From: Octopus vulgaris
Lineage: Eukaryota
Length of the DNA stretch: 64,000 bases
Reading direction: 5' to 3'
NCBI GenBank assembly: GCA_951406725.2
Contig: OX597820.1
Coordinates: 31,930,001 to 31,994,000, forward strand
This document shows positions 41,475 through 58,490 of the stretch, one piece after another. How positions within the stretch are numbered: position 1 is the stretch's first letter; each line of letters begins with the position of its first letter. The notes under the pieces were generated by a model. The model worked only from the letters and a program-made list of their open reading frames with translations. It was not told the origin of the DNA and searched no databases. The position numbers and the translations under genes are program-made.

Positions 41475-42187
41475 AGGTTCAGGTGTGGCTGTGTAGTTTT
41501 AAGAAGCTTACTTCGCGGCTATGTTGTGTTGGGTTCAATCTCACTGCCCGGTATCTTGAGTGTCTTTACTTTACCAATGGATTGACCACTGCCTTGTATG
41601 TGGATTTGGTCAACGGAAACTTGAAGAAACACGTCCTATGTGTGTGTATGTGTGTGTGCGTGTGTTTATGAGTGTATGTGTGTTTATGTGTGTGTGTTTG
41701 TGTGTGTATGTGTGTGCGTGTATGCGTGTGTGTGCCTGTGTGTGTGTATGTGTATGTTTATATATGTGTGTGATTGTATGTGTTTGTGTGTGTTTCTGGG
41801 TATGTGGATGTGTGAGTTTGTTTGTGTACGTGTGTGTGTGTGTGCGTGTTTGTATGTGTGTTTGTGCGTGAGTGCGTGTGTATATGCGTGTGTGTATGTG
41901 TGTGTGAGTGTGTGTGTGTGGTGTGCAACGAGTCTGTCCCCACCCCCTCCCCGCTGCTTGACAACCGTTGTAGATTTGTTTACGTCTGAGTAACCTAGCA
42001 GTTCGGCAAAAGCAGCGAATGAAATAAGTACCAGACTCAAGTCAAATCACTGTAACTTAGCTCTTCGACAAAATCGAACGATAAAAATAGCACCAGGTTT
42101 AAAACTAAGCACTGGGCTCCATTTGGTCAGTTAAACGCTTTAAGGCGGTGCCTCGGCATGGCCGTAACCTAGTGACGGAAACAACCT

Positions 42188-42190
<3 letters not shown>
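41475..42190 (+). mobile_element. Old SINE family A with an internal (TG)-rich tract expanded to ~290 bp
   Basis: Head 41475-41635, body 41930-42040, 3' end 42090-42190. Confidence 0.8.
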
Positions 42191-45815
<3,625 letters not shown>

Positions 45816-45816
45816 A

Positions 45817-45981
45817 GGTGCAGGAGAGGCTGTGTGGTAAGTAGCTTGCTTACCAACCACATGGTTCCGGGTTCAGTCCCATTGTGTGGTACCTTGGGCA
45901 AGTGTCTTCTACTATAGACTCGGGACGACCAAAGCCTTGTGAGTGGATTTGGTAGACGGAAACTGAAGGAAGCCCATCGTA

Positions 45982-46044
<63 letters not shown>

Positions 46045-46262
46045 ATGTTTGTGTGTCTGTGTTGGTCTCCCCAGCATCGCTTGACAACCGATGCTGGTGT
46101 GTTTACGTCCCCGTAACTTAGCGGTTCGGCGAAAGTGACCGATAGAATAAGTATTAGGCTTACAAAGAATATGTCCTGGGGTGGATTTGCTCGACTAAAA
46201 GCGTTGCTCCAGCATGGCCGCAGTCAAATGACTGAAACAAGTAAAAGAGTAAAGAATAAGAG
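45817..46262 (+). mobile_element. SINE family A, full length
   Basis: ggtgcaggagaggctgtgtggtaag...gtaaaagagtaaag. Confidence 0.96.
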
Positions 46263-46323
46263 TATATATGCACCTATGTATTGATATGGCTGTATGTACG
46301 CATGCGTGTGTTTGCGCGCGCGC

Positions 46324-46368
<45 letters not shown>

Positions 46369-47094
46369 AACAAGTCACGAGAATACACTAAGATCCACAT
46401 ATGTGTATATTTGCATACATTTGTGTGTGTATGTGTGTGTATGAATGTATGCAAACAAGTATATATGCATTACGTTAGTGTATGCGCGCGTGTGTGTGTG
46501 TGTGTGTTTGTGTGTATGTGTGTGTGGGGGGGATGCGGATGTACTTCCGCACTCACATGATCCAAATCTATATGAAGCTGTAAAAAATGAAAATATATTT
46601 TAAATTTGATCTTTAATTTCGAATAAACTATTATTAAACTTTGCCCGTGTAATATTCCTTTTAAAAGCATAGAATTCGATGTATTGATTTATGCTAATGG
46701 TTTTGCTCTTCTCTTCATTTTTGCTCACTTTAGGTTACCAAATTAAATATACAAAAAAATACTGATTAATAAGAACGACTTAATACTGTAATACTTGTCT
46801 CAAGGGAGCCTCTCTTGTTGACGCTTGATGCATAAAAGTATAGAAATCATAGATAAAGATATCAGATTTGAATGATTTTATTCTAAGAGCTTAAAATAAA
46901 ACGCAAGCCAGCGGGGCCTTTTCGCAATATTAGCCAGGCATTTATTCGGTCACAGGTTGGTGGGTATCGGTCAACATTGGTCCCCAACATTTTGTGGTGG
47001 AGCCGAGTGCATTGGTGATTAGGGAGGTTACTAAGGAATGGCAAAATCATAAGAGCTTCGGAAAATAATGCTTTTTAGTATTTGGTCCGGCTCC

Positions 47095-47412
47095 TGTCAG
47101 CTTCACCTTTCGTTCTTCCGGGGTAGATAAAATAAACTACGAGTCAAATACTAGGGGTGATGCAATCGACTGGCTCCTCCACCTCACAATACCGACCTTG
47201 TATCAAAATTAGAAAACATTATTATCAAGTACCAGTCAAGAACTGGGCTCAATTTAATTGATTATCTTCCCCTCCTTAAAATTTCTGGTCGAAATTAGGA
47301 GAGTTTCTAAGGTGACGAGCTGGCAGAATCGTAGCATGCCGGGCAAAATGCTTATCGACATTTCGCCCGTCACTACGTGCTGAGTTTAAATTACGCCGAG
47401 GTCAACTTTGCC
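47095..47412 (+). mobile_element. SINE family C fragments (3' part 47095-47220, 5' part 47310-47412)
   Basis: ttccggggtagataaaataa...gatgcaatcgact and gacgagctggcagaatcg...cgccgaggtcaactttgcc. Confidence 0.75.
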
Positions 47413-47702
47413 ATAAAAATCATTTTATCTGTAGGTCAAAAACTTTAACATATGCTTTTAAATGTAAAGGATATAACGAAGATTACATAGGTCAAACAAA
47501 ACTCACTCTCAGAAACAGACTAACTATTCATCATCAACAAATACGAAGCCCCAATATTAGACAGATCCCACTGAGTGAACACAAAGACACATGTGCTAAA
47601 AATAAGTCTCTCAAGTCTTCTTACTTTACCACAGACAAAGCACGGATAAACAAAGAAAATACATTCATACAAAAATACAAACCAAGACCAAATAAACTTT
47701 AA
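47412..47702 (+). pseudogene. Penelope-like element GIY-YIG endonuclease domain, 5' truncated
   Basis: Stop-free frame with no start codon: HKNHFICRSKTLTYAFKCKGYNEDYIGQTKLTLRNRLTIHHQQIRSPNIRQIPLSEHKDTC...RINKENTFIQKYKP. Fits the Y..C...YIGQT...R.R..H and E..FI....P pattern. Confidence 0.88.
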
Positions 47703-48067
47703 CAAACTACATCCACCAACAATTATTCACACACGAACTCATTCTGTCCTTCATTGTTTGGAACTGTCACTAGACACGCTCACTCAACCGTAACAGCTTT
47801 ACCTTATGGCGCCAAGCATATTGTCACATGACTTTAAAAAACGGACGTGGTCGGTGGAGAGAACTTACAGGAAATTCTAAAACTAATCACGTGATCATCT
47901 ACGGCCAGTCACATCGTATTCAAAACAGATACTAATTTGAGTCACGTTCTCCCTATAGAAAAATGTTGGATGCTGCATAGTTCCATATCTTTCTATTTCA
48001 ACTTTTGAAAGTCAGAGAAATGTGTATTTTTAATAATTTAAAAAAAAATTCCAGTGCCTTTTCAGCT

Positions 48068-48330
<263 letters not shown>

Positions 48331-49102
48331 TGTACATATACATACAAACATGTAAACACACACACACACACACATACATACACACATTTATACGTATTTG
48401 TTTTTGTGTATCTCCCCGCCAACATCTTGGCAACCGGTGTTAGTTTGTTTAAGTTCTTGTAACTTAGTGGTTCGCCCGCCACGCCCCTAGAATAAGTGCC
48501 AGATTTAAAAATAATTACTAGGGTTTTGTTTAGCTAAAAAACCCCATTCAATGCAGAGCTCCAGCATGGTCGTAGTCCAACGACAGAAACAAATAAATAG
48601 CATATATGTCCTTCTAAAACTTCAGAGATAATTGTATACCAAAAGATAATAATATTCCAGCAAAAAACAAAGAAGAAAATGCTGAAATTGTTTTATATAG
48701 CTTCCGGTCCGGAAGTAACTTCTTGACACGAATTCTTCAACTCTTCAATTCTCAAAGTGTTTATATTAACTGCTTCACTGTTTGAACGTCTATGTATTAC
48801 AATACCGGAGCTTCTATACTGGAGATTATAGCCATGCTCCTCTAGGAAAGAAGGATTCACAGGAGAATACAGTCTCTAATATATCTGTATCTATATCTAT
48901 ATATATATGCATGCATGTATGTATGTATGTATGTATGTATGTATGTATGTATGTATGTATGTATGTATGTATGTTTGTATGTATGTATGTATGTATGTAT
49001 GTATGTATGTATGTATGTATGTATGTATGCGTGTTTGTGCTTGTATATGTATACACATGCATACACACATACACACACACGCACATATATATAACCATAT
49101 AT

Positions 49103-49448
49103 ATGGCTTTCTTGCGGGTTTGAATATGCCTCTAGCATATTTGAACTGGTAACAAGTTTATATTCGGTATTTTATCACTGCAGATCCGCTGATTATAACA
49201 ACCAATTACAGTACGCAGACTGAAATGTAATAAAAGAGATCTATCGCAAGTCAGTCCGCTGCGTCTCTCACTTTCAGTGTCTGATGCTGAAGAAGAGATA
49301 ACTACCTCGAAAAGCATGCATCCATCAATCTGGCTTGCGGGGTTTCTTGCCTAGAGCAAGAAATCTTGTGCATGGCAAAATACATCAATGGTTTTCTTAC
49401 GGGTTCGAATATGTCTCTAGCACATTTGAACTAGTAACAAGTTTATTT
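49103..49448 (+). mobile_element. Retrozyme/Penelope-LTR-like unit: ~60-bp direct repeats with a 285-bp period, enclosing a hammerhead (49282-49327)
   Basis: atgg.tttctt.cgggtt.gaatatg.ctctagca.atttgaact.gtaacaagttta at 49103 and 49388. TGATG-CTGAAGA-a-GAG(ataactac)CTC-GAAA-aGCATGCa-TC^-CATCA. Confidence 0.8.
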
Positions 49449-50405
49449 TTATACTTTCTCCGTCTGAGATTCATTCAGTGAATAGATGCACGCACTCGAG
49501 TGTGAGCATCGAAAGCTCAACCAACACACCGACTCAACCACATATTTACAAACACCGGGAACTCACGTTACTCAAAAAGTCTTGTCACTTTGTTAGTGGT
49601 CGGTTTGCACTCTCTTCAGAAGGACTAAAATAAAATTCAGAGATAAAAAAACCCCAGCATATCTACAAATATATAGTGAAGGAAAAAAGCATCAAAGAAT
49701 CTAGCAGAATACTTTATAAGCACTCTGTAGAGATCAAATCTAGCTAACTAAATTTTCCAGTATATTACACAGTAATCTACGTATGTAGTAAATTCACTTT
49801 CTGCTACCAGTCCTATTTTTAAGTCCAATGGTTAGATACAGAATGAATACACTATAAATTCAATATATAGTAAAAATACAATTTAATCATCTTCGTACGT
49901 TAAAATATGTTACAGGAGGAGAGGTGCTATCTACTGCTGTTAGTATTCATATAGCTGTCTGGTGTGCTTATACAACATGTATTAAATTATAATTCTCTCA
50001 TGATCTCTTAAATAAGTATCCTATGTAGGCCTCCAAAGAACTCCTCTCGAACCCTTAGACTGGCTTATTGTTAAAAATGACTTGACAATTCATTTGGAAA
50101 ATATAAGTAGTGGTGATATAGCTAAGATGGTCTTGAATTCCTCTTTTATTATAGCACTTTAATTGATCAAATATGGAATCGATTAAATATACATAATTGA
50201 AACATTGTTGGTATTTTGCGGTATGGCATTCTATTTGAAATGAACGTAACTCATTAAATCATGAGAACGTCATTATTCGTCTGTGGTTTTTATACACAGG
50301 TATCTATGTACGTATGTATCTATGTGTATATATGAATGTATACATACACACATAAATTAGATACATAGATACATAGATACATACATACATACATACATAC
50401 ATACA

Positions 50406-50437
<32 letters not shown>

Positions 50438-50715
50438 GATATGGGATGGCTAACACGATGGATCATAGGTGAACCTGATCAGATTGATCTTGGATCCAAA
50501 CAATGACAATATTGAATAAGGCATCTTATGTCGGAAGCTGAAGAAATCGTTCGGTTTTCGGGAATTTGCTTTATGATCTCTATAACGTCTGAGTTGCTAT
50601 GGTCGCTTAAAGGTGATGTATTTAAGTATATATGAACAGAAGTGCTTGGTAGCTTGTGTTTTGTGAGTGACGGTCCGAGTGTGTTTTATGCGTGTACATG
50701 TGAATGTGTGTGTTC

Positions 50716-50746
<31 letters not shown>

Positions 50747-50858
50747 TACATACACACACATGTATCTGTGTGTGTATATGTATATATATATATATATACA
50801 TACATACGTACATACACACACACACATACACACACACATACACACACATATGTGTGTG

Positions 50859-50904
<46 letters not shown>

Positions 50905-51227
50905 TATATACTTATATATATAAATATATAGTGAATGTACACACACACACACACACTCACACACACACACATACACACATACACACACACAGGCACACAC
51001 ATACACACACACAGGCACACACAGGCACACGTATACGTGCGTATATGCATATATGTATACCAGTAATTGCATATACAAATGTATGCAAATCGTATTCCGT
51101 CTTTCGGAAACGTCTGTAAATCTTTAGCGTATCGGTGAGATTTTCTTCCCGAGGTGGCTGAGTCACTCTAGTTCAACTGTGTTCCGGAATAATGGGTTAA
51201 ATATGCAGAAATAGGAGAGAGAGAGAA

Positions 51228-51303
<76 letters not shown>

Positions 51304-51592
51304 AGAGAGACAACAAGCTATTGTTTCTTCCCTCTCGATGTATGATGTGTGTGTACTGTGCAGTGTGTGTGTGTGTGTGTAAGTCTGCGAGCGTTTGTCA
51401 TGCATAGAGAGTACGAAATAGATAACACGTTAACACACACAAGCACAATATATGTATATGTGATTATAGAAACACACACATACACACACATGTATAGATA
51501 GGTTTGGCAAATAAACACCGTTACAAGAAGTTAATGCATGAATATATATGTGTATATATATGCACACACACACACACACATATTTATACATA

Positions 51593-51727
<135 letters not shown>

Positions 51728-51734
51728 TTAGGGA

Positions 51735-51920
51735 GAATTCACAAAAAAAAAAACAGAAGACGAAGACAGGTGGTGTAGACAGCAAACAGATATATTAATA
51801 TAACGCTCGAGAAGTGAAAAAGTCGTTAACGTTTCGAGCCTACTCTCTTCCACAGAAAGGAACACAGTAAGAAACAAGGAGAGAAGATAAAGAATGTGTA
51901 GTGGCTAGCGATCTATCATA
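51735..51920 (-). mobile_element. Penelope-LTR-like repeat with a variant hammerhead (51824-51858)
   Basis: CTGTGGA-a-GAG(agtagg)CTC-GAAACGTT; related to 35925-36145. Confidence 0.65.
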
Positions 51921-51967
51921 TATATATATATATATATACACACAAACATATATCTTTTTTTTATATA

Positions 51968-52375
51968 GGCGCAGGAGTGGCTGTGTGGTAAGTAGCTTGC
52001 TAACCAACTACATGGTTCTGTGTTCAGTCCCACTGCGTGGCACCTTGGGCAAGTGTCTTCTGCTATAGCCCCGGGCCGACCAATGCCTTGTGAGTGGATT
52101 TGGTAGACGGAAACTGAAAGAAGCCTGTCGTATATATGTATATATATATATATGTGTATGTGTGTTTGTGTGTCTGTGTTTGTCTCCCTAGCATTGCTTG
52201 ACAACCGATGCTGGTGTGTTTACGTCCCCGTCACTTAGCGGTTCGGCAAAAGAGACCGATAGAATAAGTACTGGGCTTAGAAAGCATAAGTCCCGGGGTC
52301 GATTTGCTCGACTAAAGGCGGTGCTCCAGCATGGCCGCAGTCAAATGACTGAAACAAATAAAAGAGTAAAAGAGT
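51968..52375 (+). mobile_element. SINE family A, full length
   Basis: ggcgcaggagtggctgtgtggtaag, ggttctgtgttcagtccc, CORE-like segment, internal TA/TG tract, tail. Confidence 0.96.
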
Positions 52376-52615
52376 ATATGTATATATGCATAAAATAACA
52401 CAGACACAGACACACACACATTAAATATGTTTTTATCGGTAGAAGTCATGAAATAACTCAAGTGCTGGGATTCTCGTGCAAAGCCCCTATCAAATGGGTA
52501 ACATACACGAAATTATTGGTTCTTGAGTCACTCTGTAACATATACCGATTAAAACGAACTACAACTACCACTAGTGGAGTCACATGGGTTAGTGGTTAGA
52601 GCAGCGGACTCGCGA

Positions 52616-52821
52616 TCTTTTAATTTTGACTCTATATCTTCAGGAGGAGATATACCTCAATCCTTTATATATTAACCAAAATGGAGTAGATTGACAAATT
52701 TATTTTTTGAACCAGTTGAACATACACGAGATGTTGAAATATCGTTCACTAGATAACAATGGCACTCTTCTTTTAATTTTGACTCTATATCTTCAGGAGG
52801 AGTTACCTCAATCCTTCATAT

Positions 52822-52826
<5 letters not shown>
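52616..52826. repeat. ~56-bp direct repeat with a ~153-bp period
   Basis: tcttttaattttgactctatatcttcaggaggag...acctcaatcctt.atatattaa twice. Confidence 0.9.
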
Positions 52827-52867
<41 letters not shown>

Positions 52868-53612
52868 TGGATGAAGAGCTCACGACTGAAGGCTAAAACT
52901 GAAGGTTTTATCATAGCAGCACAAGATCAAAGCTTGGCAGCCAGGGCTTACCATAACAAAATAATGAACGATGGCACTGACCCGAAATGCAGAATGTGTC
53001 ATGAGCAGGATGAAACAGTGGACCACATCTTAACTGGATACACAGCACTTGCAAAAACCGAATATATTCATAGACATGATAGAGTAGCGCAATATATCCA
53101 TTGGAAGATATGTAAACACTACCAGCTTCCAACTCCAGAAAGATGGTACCAGTATAAACCTGAAACTGTGACCGGAAAAGATGATGTAACAGTACTCTGG
53201 GACATGCCAATCAACACCGATAAAGAAATCAAGGCAAACAGGCCAGACATAATCATCAAAGATTGGAATAAGAAATGCTTAATGATAGATGTGACAGTAC
53301 CAGCAGAGAGAAATGTGTCCATTGAAGAAGTTGAGAAGTTATTTAAGTACAAAGACCTAGAAATAGAAGTGACCAAGATGTGGGGAATGAAAAGCAGCAC
53401 AGCACTAGTGGTGATTGGAGCGTGAGGGCTAATTAAAAAGGGCCTTGATAAGCAGCTCAACAAGCACCCTTGCAATGTTAACGTGGGAGAACTTCAGAAA
53501 ATAGTGTTGCTAGGTTCCGCACACATTTTACATGAGGACCTTCTGTGATCCCAGGGTCAAGGGATGACTCCGGTTCAGCAGAAGACAACGGGCCATATTT
53601 TATTTTGAATAG
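52868..53612 (+). mobile_element. R4/Dong-like non-LTR retrotransposon 3' end (zinc knuckle plus RLE endonuclease) in (TAA)n
   Basis: TEGFIIAAQDQ, CRMC...ETVDHILTG, RHD, RPDIII, IDVTVP, KYKDL, VVIGA*G, ELQKIVLLGSAHIL; (AAT)n on both sides. Confidence 0.92.
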
Positions 53613-53631
53613 TAATAATAATAATAATAAC

Positions 53632-53691
<60 letters not shown>

Positions 53692-53692
<1 letters not shown>

Positions 53693-54110
53693 TCTTATGT
53701 TTGATACCCCTCAGTTTAGTATTAAGGAAGGCAAAAGCAAAGTATCAGTTCAGAAATGGTAATGGAAAAATTAACTTTTTGCTCTCCATGGATGATCTGA
53801 AGCGTTTTAGTAAGAATGAAAGAGATAAATTCCTTAATACAAACTGTAAGACGTTTCAGAATAAAGATACATGCATAGAATTTGGCATAGTTAAGTGTGC
53901 AATATTAATCATGAGAAAGGGACAGGTAACCAACAGCGAAGGCATCTAATTATCAGATAGGCCAGACATTAAAATCATTGAAAGGAGGTGAGAATTATAA
54001 GTATCTAGGAGTATTAGAATCTGACAGAGTACTAACTCGAAAATTGAGTAAGAGTACATCAGAAGGGCGAGGAAGCTAATGAAGTCAAAGCTAAATGAAG
54101 TCAAAGCTAA
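53692..54110 (+). mobile_element. Reverse transcriptase fragment of an R4/Dong-like LINE
   Basis: LCLIPLSLVL...INFLLSMDDLK...EFGIVKCA...YKYLGVLE...YIRRARKLMKSKLN, with stops and frameshifts. Confidence 0.88.
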
Positions 54111-54394
54111 TTTATTTTCAGTCCTTCTGATGTTCTTCCTCATCTAAACTCCTGTTGCCAATAAAACAAATTATTCTAATTATTTTATTTTACCTCTTAG
54201 AGCTCTCGATCTTACTGGCTCAGGTTAATTCTACAAGAACGGAGAGCAATCTTTTGTCAAAAATCTCACAGGGTCTCTCAAGGTCACTTTCGACGAATGT
54301 AAGGCTTAGTACCAAGATGTTACGTATCGTGGAAGATACTCAACACCTAAGTACCAATCTCAAATTATTATTATTGTTGTTGTTGTTGTTGTCT

Positions 54395-54750
54395 TAGCAC
54401 AGCTTCTAATGCTGGAGATGTACTACAGTATCAGCTGTTCATTACCAGTGAACTAAGGTAACACCCCTTATTTTCCGAGCACTATCCTGCTCAACAAAGG
54501 GACATGCTCAACTGGTTACGGTCAAACAACTGACAAGCAAATCTGTGGTATTGAGCAGAATATTTGCTGTAGCCCACCTTTTATACCAAGACAAAACAAT
54601 GTACATGATAACACTTCCAATCAGTTAAGATCAGTGATGCTCCCCCACTACTTCTGCTCGTGATCAGAGATGCACATATCGTCAGCCACTAAGGGACATG
54701 CTCAACTGGTTAAGGTCAAACAACTGACAAGCAAATCTGTGGTATTGTTA
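54395..54750. repeat. Unclassified repeat between (TTG)n and (TTA)n tracts, with a 56-bp direct repeat
   Basis: aagggacatgctcaactggtta.ggtcaaacaactgacaagcaaatctgtggtattg at ~54497 and ~54691. Confidence 0.8.
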
Positions 54751-54805
<55 letters not shown>

Positions 54806-55325
54806 AACCTCTTTACTTCACTCAATAACAGACCATTATAGACATTACGTGTCGAGTGGGTGGCAAGGAACTTAGAATGGGGCCTAATTTTCCGTAGGCA
54901 TTGTTATCGAGCTGATTTTTTATGCGCACGCATTGTTTAGCCAGCTGGGTCAATATCCTTTTACCGGATATAGCGTGTGAAAAATGACGCCATTTTACTT
55001 ATAGATTTTCGAATATATTTCCTTCTATTTTGAGCATAAAAGAATAGCGTTCTTCCCGTGAACGTATAGATAGAAATGAATGAAAGCCGTGTGAAATATA
55101 GTGCAAGAGTTAATTCAGCAGTGTTTTATTGTTGGACCTGACTCGCGTTTCCGTATCTGTCAGCGAATAATATGTCTCCTACCTTTGAGGAGCGACACTA
55201 CTTTCTATTTTATTTTCCGCTTTCCCTTTACCCATATGCACGTATACACACTCGTACACGCACAAATACAGAGACGCACACTCACAAAATCATTGTCACA
55301 TGTTGTCTGTCTGTCTGTCTGACTG

Positions 55326-55439
<114 letters not shown>

Positions 55440-55468
55440 CACCCACCCATCCATCCATCCATCCATCC

Positions 55469-55528
<60 letters not shown>

Positions 55529-55545
55529 GTAAATACATATCTACC

Positions 55546-55627
<82 letters not shown>

Positions 55628-55890
55628 CCCATCTATCTGTTTCTATTTATCTAAATACTATGCGTATGCGGACGTTTGGCAGTGGGCGCACTATGCCAAC
55701 GCTTTCTAAATTCTAGACCAGGCGGGAGTCAAGTAAAGAGACGTAACTTCGAGACGCGTGAAGGGACAGGGTTATCTTTCGCAAAAGCAGGATATACATC
55801 TTAACAAGTCGGAGTCAGTGGTCTACCCAAGAGAACAGGGCAAGGATCCGGATAGAAACGAGCAGCTAAGAAGACAACACACACACACAA

Positions 55891-55938
<48 letters not shown>

Positions 55939-56129
55939 GCACGCTAATAGCTTATGAGTGAAATTTTGGGTTTCTCGGTTTTCTGTGAATTGATTTTGAT
56001 AAAACTTTTCCCTGCTGGTTTGCACATTATGACAGCACCGTTGTTATGTTTTCTTTATTCTGTGCAACGTTCTTTCTTTTTAAGTTTCAGATTTTTCAGC
56101 TTTTGTATGAACCACTCTAATAGTTTTTG

Positions 56130-56982
56130 AATGAAAATAGCCCATCTAGAATTTTTTTTCCAGAAAAATGAAGGGTAATGATATATATTAAACATGCATT
56201 GAGTATATATTTAACAGAATAGCCATAGTGATTTTGTCGACTACACAATATAGTAGGGTCAGTTGGGCACCGTCTGTGAGGAAAACAGCGCCATGATGCA
56301 ATTCACTCTGTCAGAAATTTGGAAACGACAAGTTGTACAACTTGGTATTCGTGCTGAAAGCTCCAATATGAACATTTCAGAGTGTTTGGTGGTCAATCTG
56401 TGGACTTGCCGTGTCCCCAAAACATGTACCGAGAATGATAAAAATCAAACATCCACTCAACATCATGGTGTTTGGAGTTATCACCGGTGATGGCGACGTT
56501 ATGCCTCCATTCATTTGCTCTGGGTCGAGAGGGTGACAGCTGGAAGTACCTATCTCTGGCAAGAGGACTCTGCACCGTACCATACAAGCAGGAAAACCCA
56601 GTCATGTTTGTCAGACAATTTCTACGATCACACCACCCCTAACATATGACCATCTAGCTTCTCAGACTGCAACCCCTTTGATTATTATGTGTGGGGCACA
56701 GTTGAGTCATAGACCTACAAAACTCCTTGTAACACCAGAGATGAACTGAAGGCAAGGATTATGGCAGCATTCATCAGCTTAAACAAGGAGACCATCTAGA
56801 AGAGTTGCAGGAGATTCCGAAGTCGTCTGGAGACCGTGGTTGAAGTCAATGGCGATTTTATTGAATCTTTAATATTTCAAGATATTTTTATGTAATTTTG
56901 GTAAATATAACTGTTAAAATGAAATGTCAGTGTTATTTTAATTTTTGTGTAATTTAGACGACAATATATTCACCACACCTTG
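56130..56982 (+). mobile_element. maT-type (DD37D) Tc1/mariner transposon, internally deleted
   Basis: KHPLNIMVFGVITGDGDVMPP; WQEDSAPYHTS...DCNPFDYYVWG with a 37-aa spacer; RFRSRLETVVEVNGDFIE. Right end ...caccacaccttg followed by TA; left end uncertain. Confidence 0.9.
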
Positions 56983-57773
56983 TATATATATATATTAATG
57001 TAATAGAGATGTCGATCGATAACATATTTTACATAGTGCAAACATTATCTGGTATAGCACTCAATACGCTAGGTAGAGTAGATAGATATATTTAGATATC
57101 GAAAGTTGGTAGCCATTACTCTGTGTTCCACCTTTAGCTGGTCTGTTCACAACTATCTGTCTGTCTGTCTGTCTGTCTGCCTGCCTGTCTTTTGAGCCTG
57201 TGAACAGAACGTTGAGAATTGTTCGTTTTCCTATTTACATCATATTTCTCTTTTAACCTCAACCAACGATAACACTTAACAAAATGGAATATCGCTCTCA
57301 GTAGCAACCTAACCACAGCTTACAAGTCTGCGGTTTGATAGAGGAAGGGTGTTTAACAAAACTAGTTCCTGACAATTTGGCACAATAAGCACTTAACAAA
57401 GGCATTCATTTGTATTGTTCGGGCTTCTTGTCTTCCAGAGCTCTTGCAATAACGAGTAGGTATATCATAAATGCATCTGCGTATTGTAACAAGTTAGTGT
57501 CTGTTTTAAAATATAAAGGAAATAGAAAATGATAAATGACTACTGTGTTAAATATACAAAACTTTTTATTAAATCAGTCACTGGACTGCGGCCATGCTGG
57601 AGTACCGCCACCAATGGTTTTGACTAGTATTTCCCAACGACCCATTTGATTACTATTTTACTCGGATGGACCCTTCTAGCTATTCGATTTCTTTTCTAAA
57701 ATCCTATTATATTTTTTATATTATTAGGAATTGTATAAAAATAATTATTGACATATTTTGTATATTTTGTTTA

Positions 57774-57890
57774 GGCGCAGGAGTGGCTGTGTGGCAAGTA
57801 TCTTGCTTACCAACCACATGGTCCCGGGTTCAGTCCCACTGCGTAGCTCTTTGGGCAAGTGTCTTCTACTATAGTCTCGGGCCGACCAAG
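57774..57890 (+). mobile_element. SINE family A 5' fragment
   Basis: ggcgcaggagtggctgtgtgg...gggttcagtccc...gggccgaccaa. Confidence 0.9.
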
Positions 57891-58051
57891 TTATTTTTTT
57901 ATCCCCATCAATTACTTGTTGTTAATTGTGTTTTTTTTTTCATTCTCCAAACATAACTTTTAACATCCTGCTGAAAGTGTCCAAAGTCTAGACTTTGTAA
58001 TGATTCTATTACAAAGCCTAGACTTGTAATGATTCTATTACAGAAAAAAAA

Positions 58052-58221
58052 AGTAGTTTGCTTACCAACCACATGGTTCCGGGTCCAGTCCCACTGCGTG
58101 GCACCTTCGGCAGGTGTCTTCTACTATAGCCTCGAGTCGACCAAAGCCTTGTGAGTGGATTTGGTAGACGGAAACTGAAAGAAGCCCGTCGTATATAAGT
58201 ATATATATATATATATATATA

Positions 58222-58272
<51 letters not shown>

Positions 58273-58490
58273 TTTTGTGTCTGTGTTTGTCCCCGCAACA
58301 TCGCTTGACAACCGATGGTGGTGTGATTATGTCCTCGTAACCTAGCGGTTCGGCAAAAGAGACCGATAGAATAAGTACTAGGCTTACAAAGAATAAGTCC
58401 TGGGGTCAATTTGCTCGACTAAAGGCGGTGCTCCAGCATGGCCAAAGTCAAATGACTGAAACAAGTAAATGAACAAAAGAGTAAAAGAGA
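58052..58490 (+). mobile_element. SINE family A, 5' truncated
   Basis: Body and tail match family A. Confidence 0.95.
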
